A stretch of 64,000 nt of DNA from assembly GCF_006345805.1 (NCBI RefSeq), contig NC_043012.1:6324001-6388000 (forward strand), in the 5' to 3' direction. The translations under genes were made by a program, and so were the position numbers. This DNA is from Octopus sinensis (taxonomy: Eukaryota). This document shows, in pieces, positions 53,998 to 64,000 of this stretch (the stretch's first letter is position 1; each line of letters begins with the position of its first letter). The notes beneath the pieces were generated by a model that worked only from the letters and a program-made list of their open reading frames with translations, did not search any database and was not told the origin of the DNA.

Positions 53998-54462
53998 AAC
54001 ATATATATCTATATATATATGCTCACACACACATGCACGCACACACACACATGCACGCACACACACACATGCACGCACACACACACATGCACGCACACAC
54101 ACATGCATATATATATGTATATATAGACATATATATATATGCATATATATATATACACATACATATACAGGTTTATATATATATATATATACATACATTC
54201 ATACTCAGTACACACACACACATATATACACACATGCGTACAAATAGTCTTTCGTAAATGTTTGAATCAGTAAATATATGTTTAATAATATTTGAAAGGG
54301 TGTATACATAAATGTGTGTGTGTGTGTGTGTGACTGTGTGTACATGTATTTCTGAGCATGTGAATTTGTGCACATGATGTACTTGAGATTGCACGTGTGT
54401 ATATAAATGTTGTAAACATTTACGTATGCATATACTTACATATACTCACTTATATGTGACTA

Positions 54463-54504
<42 letters not shown>

Positions 54505-54791
54505 ACAAATATATAATCATATATATATGTGTGTGTGTGTGTATAATTATTATATATATACATAGACACATATATGATACATGTGTCTTTATGTGTGTGC
54601 ATACATATATATACATATGTATCTACTTGTCAGTTTATTCACACAAAAACACATATATATGTAATGTCTCTAATTAATATTATATATATATATATATAAT
54701 ACATATCTATATCTTCTATTTATTTATATATATATATATACATACATACATACATACATATATATATATATTATATATATATATATATAAT

Positions 54792-54823
<32 letters not shown>

Positions 54824-55599
54824 CACACATACAATACACATATGTGTACATACGCACACACATATTTGTATACATGAATACACACACTGATCATAACATA
54901 GTCATTACCATGAGAAGCAGTAACAAAACAGGTGTCATGGGGATAATGTATACAGTAAGTCTGTGGCTGTTGGGGACAGGGCTGGGAGGAATATACATCT
55001 ATTATGACACCTTACACAATAATAACTAATGAAAATGGTGCTGTAATCCTGTCTGTTTTTGTCCAAAAATAACTATTTCAATGAAGAATTGGTCTTTTAG
55101 TGTGGCAGCAGAGATATTTTCATTTCATGTTTCAATCTTTCCTTCTGACTTTCTTTCGTTCTTTTCTTGTTTGGTTCTTCTTCAGCTTCTTCATCTTTTT
55201 ACAGAAATATATATTTATATATGTATTTGTGTTTATATATATATATATACATATATACACATATATATGTGTATTTTCATGTGTAATCATATATATGTGT
55301 GTGTGTGTGTGTGTATAATTATTATATATATACATACATACATATATGATACATGTGTCTGTATGTGTGTGCATACATATATATACATATGTATCTACTT
55401 GTCAGTTTATTCACACAAAAACACATATATATGTACATGTATAAATGTATGTATATGTATTTATATACACATGTATGTATATATATGTATATATATATAT
55501 ATACATATATATACAAATGTATATACTTATATATATATGTGTGTATGTATATATATATATACACATATGCATGTGCATTGTACATATATACATGTGTAT

Positions 55600-55645
<46 letters not shown>

Positions 55646-56310
55646 CCTACACACCACACATTCATATATATATATATATATATATGTATATGTGTGTACA
55701 TATGTATATATGAATGTGTATATATATATATATATATATAGTATATATATATATATATAAGTGTACATATGCACATTATACACATGCAATATAATGAATG
55801 ACACGAGTAACTGTGATTGCTTTGCTAATAATTCCAGCCTCTTCGTTAGACCAGATGCCGAATAATTGATTTTTTTAGTTAATATTTCTTCCCATATTTT
55901 GTCTTTGTTTCATTCAGTTGAGTTCTATAATTTTCTTTATATATCATTGTAATAATTTGATTCTGTTTTAGTAATTACTTCATAATATTTTGATTAAAAT
56001 TAATTTTTTTTCCAACAACAAATGGATTTTAATTTTAACCATTTTTGTTTATGTTTTTTATAATGTTTTTTTTAATGTTTTTTCTCTGTGTTTCAGTCGT
56101 AGTAATTCAACTGTTTATGTTTCATATTTTTGTTTTAATTGTTCAGTAATTAATTGTTCAGTAATTAATTGTTCAGTAATTAATTCTTCTCATTCTGTTA
56201 AGTTTTCCAAACTTATCACAGCAAATTTCTTTAAATTTATTATTTATTTATATATTTTTTTTTGCATTTAAAGTTTTGTAATTTGTCAAAAAAAAAGAAA
56301 GATAATAATG

Positions 56311-56346
<36 letters not shown>

Positions 56347-56373
56347 TAAATAATAATAATAATGATAATACTA

Positions 56374-56450
<77 letters not shown>

Positions 56451-56733
56451 TAATAAAACCTGACTGACAAATAGCATTTTTTTGCTTTTTTTTTATTTGG
56501 TAAATAATTTTTGAATAATTCAGTATACAGCAGGTTGAAAATATTTGAAACAGACCTAAGACGAATGAGCAAGAAATCGTATAGGTCTTCATTTCCTTCT
56601 CCCTCATCTTCCTCCTCTTCTTTTGCTCTTTTGTTTCATATATTTTATATTTTCTTTATATCTTACTCAAACTCAATCCCAGGTATATGTGTTTGTATAC
56701 ATATATATCTATACATATCTATAACATACATAC

Positions 56734-56793
<60 letters not shown>

Positions 56794-59700
56794 GTATGTA
56801 TGTATATAGATATGTGTGTATGTTATATATATAATGTGTATAATGTTTGTATGTCTGTGTAAGTGTGTGCTATGTGTGTGCATTTGTATGGTGACTTTCC
56901 TTATGAGATAATTTTGCTACCTCTGCTATTTCAACAAGTTACCAAAGGTCGAGTCCTTGGAAATTCTTACTTGAGAAGGAGAAGGGAGTGTCGAAGAGTT
57001 CAGCCGGCAATTTTATTGACGTTATATTCTTATCGTAGAAAAGAATATATATATAGGTACATATATATGTAAGTACATGTTTTGAATATATCTTTTACTT
57101 GACTGCAACTGGTGTCATGATAAGAACTGACGGTATAAAGTGCCGATTAAACTCCACTGAATGTATCTTCAACGTTTGGTCTTTCTTGTCTTAAAACTTT
57201 AAAATATTATCTTTCTTTTATTAGTTCTTCGTTTAGATATTCCTTGTATGAAGACATTTTTATTCATTTGCTTTTCATATTTTTAGGTTAATTCTCCAAT
57301 TTGAAAAGAAAAAAGTTAAGAAAAAATAAAACCAGAAAATTATTTCTTCATGATGTCTTTTTGTTTCAAATTTGTTTCTTTTGCTATCCAATTGATAGCA
57401 TAGATCGATGCAATGATATTATCCAGCAAATATTAGCAGATATATTTCATTTTTTAAAAAAATTTTGGTATGGAGTGTTAGAAACAGTTCCAAGGGAAAA
57501 AAATTAAAATTCTCAATAGTTCTTTTTAATTTAATTTTCAAAGTTCGTCTTCATTTAAACTGAAAATAAAAAAAAAAACATAAAATGAAAATTAAAATGT
57601 TTTAATGAAAATTAAAATAAATTTATAATATAAAAAATTAAACTAAAAACATAAAGAATAATAAAAACTGTAACTGCTGGAAAATGAAAATAATAATTAA
57701 ATAATCTAAGAATGTGGCTATGTTGAAAACAAAAATGTATAAAATGTATTTTGTATTCTTACAGATTCCTAATTTTGGGAAAATGTTAGTCCACATTACT
57801 CCATATGGTGCTTTGGACAATTTTCCTGGCTTGCCTGGTGTAAATATTTCTCCTGGGATGGGATGCCAGTCCATTCCCGGAGATTACTCCTTTTTACCAG
57901 CCAAGTGGACTGGGCAACATGAAATGAAGTATTTTGCTCAAGAACACATGTTGCCTGGTCCAGGAATTGAAACCACAATCTTATGATTATGATTCCAACA
58001 CCCTAACCACTTAGCCACATACCTCCACTTATGATGAACCCAACCAGAAGTATATGGAGGAAAGTTCGGAGTTGATTTATTTGATTCTCAGACTCTGAAG
58101 AATTCAAAAGCAATTTGGTAAAGCGATTTAACTCATTGAATAGTTCAATAATTTGGGTATTTGGGCATTTAGGGGTTGTCAAACTAACAATAGTCTTTAC
58201 CCAAATTTTAGTGAATATCCTTTCCCACCTGCCCTCACTCTTTATTTAAGATAAGACAAAATTAGAGCTTGCCCTTGTATCATTCTTCTTTGTTTGCCAT
58301 GGGGTTGTTAGATAAGTTTAAATATTTAAAGCCATTTTAATTTCATTAAACATGTGATACTCAATCACTCACTTATGAGTGCATTACATTTTACAGCATA
58401 AACAACTGCAAGCTAATGAAGTACATCTCACTAACCATAAGATTTTATCTGCTCTTTTTTCAATTCTCGCAGATGCCCCCCCCCCCATACCACCACGTCA
58501 AGGAGGCTTGCTCCCTCCCCAGACAAACACTGGATTAGGCCACAATTAACTGTTCAATCTCACTCATTTATGTTGTTGCTTTCACAAGCAACCAAAAGCA
58601 AATATTTCAATGAGAAACAATTTCGATGCATTTAAAAATAAAGTATTCCTTTGAATTACATACAAATGACATTATTTTACAGAGATTTACAGAGATTTCA
58701 TTTTAATAAAAAAATAAAAAAGAATTTTCCTTTTAAATTCTCTTGAGAAAAAATTTTTCTGTATTTTCAGGAAATAGCACTCATTAACTAATATTGCTAT
58801 TTTCTCATTGCTCACTTATCCTTTTCCATGCTCTTTGCAATAAGAATATTGGTTTCAAATTTTAGCACAAGGCCAGCAATTTCAGGGGGGGGGCAAGTGG
58901 ATTACATAGTTCCCAGTGCTTTATTGGTACTTATTTTATTGATGACAGGCAAAGTCCTCCTTGGCAGAATTTGAACTCAGGACGTAAAGCCACTAAGCAT
59001 TTGCCTGGCATGCTAACAATTCTGTCAGCTCGCCACCTTTGCAATACATGTACCAATATCAAGTTGTTAGTGGTCTTTGTGTAGACGTTTGACACTGACT
59101 CAGTTAATCTCTAAACAATTCCATTTTGCTCTGTTAATAAATAAAGTGAAAGCACAAGGCCTAGTCAGTAGGATGCTGCACAAAACACTTCCAGTCCTGT
59201 GGCCCCAGACCACTCACTTGTAAATGAATAACCCTGCAATGGACAGGCGTCGAGTTCAAGGGGGATGTTGTATTCTTAGTCATTTAAATGCCATAGAAAT
59301 TGGGTAACCAGCCCTGTGAGTCCTGGATTTAAAAATGCCTGTAGATATGTATTAATTTGTGAAATATTGTGAAGGCTGTGATGGCTGTTGTGGTCAGAAT
59401 AAGACTAAAACCTGTCTGCAGTTGCCTTAAGTATTTGACAGTAAAAATGACAAATATAAATTATGTACCTACTAATATTATTTTATACTAATCAACACAT
59501 ATTTATTTCTAGTTAATATATTTAATGCTGGGAATATTAAAAAAGATGCCACTAACAAGTTTGATTGCTTCTGTCTTGGAAATGGTTTTGGTCAGTTGGT
59601 TCAGTGGAATCATATTGCTAATACTTATTGCATTAACTACAGGAGAATGGTATAAAATAATTAAAACCAAACCTGTGTTTGGATACACTAAATGGTCTTT

Positions 59701-59925
59701 AAAATTAACTGGATAAGAAAGACTATACTGTCAGAAATAGCAGCAAAACCCTCTCAGACTTCACTCTATCATAGCAGGTCTGAAAAAATATTTGAGAAAA
59801 TAGGTGTTCATTGCTGGAGAGACTTCGGCCACATGTCTGCTAAATCAGAGCTGAAACATAGGAACAACTAGCAAGAAATTTCTTGGATACATATTCTGAA
59901 ATATTTGTGAAAAAAAAAAAATTAC

Positions 59926-60038
59926 TTTTGCTTTGGTGTCATGTGTGGAATTTCTATATCTGCATTGCCGTTCTCTGCAATGAGGGGAGTGAGGCGTAAA
60001 TCTGGCGATCCAGGTTCTTCACATCCAGACGCTCCAGC
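59926..60038 (-). CDS. Candidate isolated exon of an unidentified minus-strand gene
   Basis: Minus strand has a long polypyrimidine tract ...ttttgtttcatcttgttgcacttgcAG, a GC-richer non-repetitive 113-bp body, and AAA|GTAATT. Reads AGASGCEEPGSPDLRLTPLIAENG... (open) or LERLDVKNLDRQIYASLPSLQRTAMQI* (terminal). No family recognised. Confidence 0.35.
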
Positions 60039-60277
60039 CTGCAAGTGCAACAAGATGAAACAAAAGTCAGAAGGTGGAAAAGAACAGTAATGGCATCTTC
60101 GTTGTTGTCACCAACGCTTTTTCACAGATTTTGTTGATTTTCTCAAGTGGTAAGTTTTCAGAAGGATGCAAGATTTCAATGGTAGCATTCTCATAGAAAG
60201 GTCAATGATAGCATCAGCTCCCACAGGAGAAGGTGGACTCAATAATACACGACATAACACAAAGAAGACAAAAGAGT

Positions 60278-60336
60278 AATAATAATAATATAATATAATA
60301 ATATAATAATAATATAATGATAATAATAATATAATA

Positions 60337-60373
<37 letters not shown>

Positions 60374-60416
60374 TAATAATAATAATAATAATAATGATAA
60401 TAATGATAATAATAAT

Positions 60417-60448
<32 letters not shown>

Positions 60449-60543
60449 GATAATAATGATAATAATAATAATAATAATAATTAATAATAATAATATAATG
60501 ATATAATAATATAATAATAAATAATAATAATAATATAATAATA

Positions 60544-60612
<69 letters not shown>

Positions 60613-60635
60613 TAATAATGATAATAATAATAATA

Positions 60636-60710
<75 letters not shown>

Positions 60711-60717
60711 TAATAAT

Positions 60718-60767
<50 letters not shown>
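60278..60767. repeat. Very long (AAT)n microsatellite (~490 bp, imperfect)
   Basis: Direct reading. Confidence 0.95.
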
Positions 60768-60769
<2 letters not shown>

Positions 60770-60902
60770 GACCCATTATGATGCTTTCAACATTAATGCA
60801 GACAAATGGGTGGACCCAATAAAAGAGTAGAAATAAAAAAAAAATATATATATGTTCAAGAAAAATTAATACTCTAGCCTGAACACACACACACGCACAC
60901 AT

Positions 60903-60942
<40 letters not shown>

Positions 60943-61502
60943 GTTAGAGTCGTCAGTTTTGGCAAGGTCGATGTGAAACTGGGGGTAATAGCCTGTCCAG
61001 GATTATGCCATAACCAGTAATGTATTGCTCAAAGACACACACACACACACACACCACACACACACACACATATCTACAAACAACGAAATGATTGCTATTA
61101 ACTCAAAGTTGAAACCGCTGTGCTTTTCTTTGTAGTGGAAGTGTACCGCAAATTGCCAAACTATTCACAAATATCATTTTGAAAGGGAGACATCGCCAAT
61201 TTAATCCCCCTCAGTACTTTATAGTACTTAATATTGTAGCAAATTTGGAAAGACGAAAAAAAAAAGTCCTCGCGTAATTTGAACTCATTAAAGTAAACAA
61301 ACGAAACTAAGTGCGTAACAGCAATGCATTTAATGGTACGTTGTACCGACTCTGTTCACTAACAGCCCTACTACTACTACTACTACTTTAATTGCTACCA
61401 AGTTCCATTTATACAATCGCAATATAATCTTTACGAAGTTGTTGCATATTATTTAAGAACAAAATGTGACGTAAAGCGAGACGAAACGTTGAATAATATG
61501 TT

Positions 61503-61555
61503 AAGGGAGATAACTCTAATATACAGTTGTTTGTAATGTTAGAGTTATTTCCCCT
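61503..61555. promoter_or_regulatory. 53-bp palindromic module with convergent AAGGGAGATAACT motifs
   Basis: AAGGGAGATAACTCTAA-N19-TTAGAGTTATTTCCCCT in a CpG-retaining region. An inverted copy lies at 63833-63885. Regulatory role is inferred. Confidence 0.4.
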
Positions 61556-61788
61556 GACAATATTTTACCAATAGCGAATCGGGATCCGATAAAGCCTATT
61601 TGCCAACGCAAAGTGGTAGTCGTACGTAGGACGATGTCAGTACTTTTTAGCCCCAGGAAAACATGTTTTCCAGCTGGCTATCGACACATGATCTGTATCT
61701 ATATATTGTGAGCAAGGTAGTCTTGAGATGGTCTTTTGTTCTATTAAATTCGCGCGCGTCATTTTAAAGCCATACAAAATAATTACTC

Positions 61789-62291
61789 GTGGCTGTGTGG
61801 TAAGTAGCTTGCTAACCAACCACATGGTTCCGGGTTCAGTCCCACTGCGTGGCATCTTGGGCAAGTGTCTTCTACTATAGTCTCGGGCCGACCAATGCCT
61901 TGTGAGTGGATTTGGTAGACGGAAACTGAAAGAAGCCCGTCGTATATATGTATATATATGTATATATGTGTGTGTGTATGTGTTTGTATGTCTGTGTTTT
62001 TCCCCCTAGCATTGCTTGACAACCGATGCTGGTGTGTTTACGTCCCCGTCACTTAGCGGTTCGGCAAAAGAGACCGATAGAAAAAGTACTAGGCTTACAA
62101 TGAATAAGTCCCGGGGTCGATTTGCTCGACTAAAGGCGGTGCTCCAGCATGGCCACAGTCAAATGACTGAAGCAAGTAAAAGAGTAAAAGAGTATATATA
62201 TATATATATATATATGCAAGTATGTATACACACACACACACATATATATATATATATTTACATATATATATATACATACATACATATTTAC

Positions 62292-62352
<61 letters not shown>

Positions 62353-62558
62353 TGTGTGTCTGTGTTTGTCCCTCACCATCGCTTGACAACCGATGCTGGT
62401 GTATTTACGTACTCGTAACTTAGCGCTTTGGCAGAAGGAACCGATAGAATAAGTACTGAGCTTACAAAGAATAAGTCGTGGGGTAGATTTGCTCTACTAA
62501 AGGTGGTGCTCCAGCACGGCCACTGTCAAATGTCTGAAACAAGTAAAAGAATAAAAGA
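61789..62558 (+). mobile_element. SINE family A plus a second 3' half
   Basis: Full copy at 61789-62192 and tail copy at ~62350-62558. Confidence 0.85.
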
Positions 62559-62589
62559 AAAAAGCGACAACAGATCTTTTAATTATTCT

Positions 62590-62798
62590 TTGTCTCTGTC
62601 ATTAGACTGCGGCCATGCTGGGGCAAAACCTTGAAAAAATTTTAGTCGATTAAATCGACCCGGGTACTTATTGTTTTAAAGCCTGGTACTAATTCTAACA
62701 GACTCTATTGTCAAACCGCTAAGTTACGGACACCTACACACACAAACAGTAGCTGTTAAGCGTGGTGGGGGACAAATACACACACACACACACACTCA

Positions 62799-62853
<55 letters not shown>

Positions 62854-63244
62854 GCGACTTCTTTCTGTTCCCGTCCACTAAAATCCACTCATAAGGAAGA
62901 CAAAGTTCCGCACAGTAGGACTGAACCTGGAACCATGTGATTGGGTGCGAAGCAAACATCTTACCACGCATGATAAAAAAAATAGTACAGTCGCAGGAAT
63001 TAGAAAAAGAAATTATTCTTTTATTCTTTCATTTGTTTCAATCATTTGACTGCGGCCATGCTGGAGGATTAGTAGTTGAAGAAATCGACCCAAGGGCTTA
63101 TTTTTAAAACCGAGTACTTATTCTATCGGCCTCTTTTGCCGAACCACTAAGTTATGGATATGTAAACACATCACACCCGTTGTCGAGCGATGATGGGGTG
63201 GGGTCAAACACAGACACGAAGACACGCACGTACATACATAGATA

Positions 63245-63288
<44 letters not shown>

Positions 63289-63465
63289 GATATATATATA
63301 ATATCAACAATTGAGGGTAAAATTAATTAATCAATTTCACCAAGTGTTCAGTATGTAAAAGGACCATTTAAGGCGAATTCAAAATATTACATTATATAAT
63401 TAGGGCTTAGTAAAATAATTACTTTGCCACATGCTGAACTTAGTAGAAATAGCAGCCAAAAAATT

Positions 63466-63538
<73 letters not shown>

Positions 63539-63700
63539 GACGAGCTTCTTCCAGTTTCCGTCTACCAAATCCAGTCACAGGCTTTGGGCGGCCTGAGGCT
63601 ATGGTAGTAGACACCAGCCCAAAGTGCCACGTAGTGGTACTTAAATCGGGACGAAATGGTTGGGAAGCAAAATTCTTACTACACAGCCACGCCTGTGCCT
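62590..63700 (-). mobile_element. Two minus-strand family A SINEs; the second is split by a (TA)n tract containing a ~160-bp insert
   Basis: Reverse copies at 62590-62968 and 63015-63700. Insert at 63305-63465. Confidence 0.75.
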
Positions 63701-64000
63701 GATTAATGTAAATAATTTTGGCTAATAGTAAAGAGCAAATCACAGCGACAAATTTGACAGAGAAAGGAATCGAACAGATGGAATACAATCGATACAAATG
63801 GAATTTAAAAAAAATAGGACGGCAATACAGCTAAGGTAGATAACACTTAATTGACAAACAAATATATATTAGAGTTACCTCTCTTAGATTAATTCATCAC
63901 GATAGCTTTTCGTCTTTTGATTAGATTAGTTTCTTGTTTATGTAGTTAAAATAAAACAGAAAAAAGCGAAAATAAACTAACATCGTCTAACGAATTTTGA

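Noticed and set aside
42943-56834. Dozens of YI/CV/HT/IIII-rich ORFs
   Set aside because: These are translations of (TA)n, (CA)n and (AAT)n microsatellites.

Overview
AT-rich, microsatellite-saturated eukaryotic DNA. The (TA)n/(CA)n/(AAT)n density and the tRNA-derived SINE families are typical of an octopus genome (taxon inferred). One protein-coding gene is well supported: the 3' five exons (+ strand; 7445-10450, 19891-21764, 25164-25344, 27295-27414, 29486-29973; about 1,890 codons, splice phases consistent) of a PDZD2/pro-interleukin-16-like protein. It has two giant disordered exons and two C-terminal PDZ domains (GLGF and AWN hallmarks). The rest is decayed Tc1/mariner, hAT and RTE elements, many SINEs, a 1.43-kb tandem duplication and simple repeats. 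Almost all short ORFs in the track are microsatellite or SINE read-throughs. The most notable unexplained structure is a set of long fold-back elements sitting in (TA)n arrays. Their arms carry outward-facing minimal type I hammerhead ribozyme motifs, as expected for inverted pseudo-LTRs of Penelope-like retroelements or derived non-autonomous elements. Also notable are a ~28-unit array whose core overlaps kB/STAT/HSE-like motifs and a 53-bp palindromic module present twice in inverted orientation. All RNA folds were derived by eye and no database search was run.
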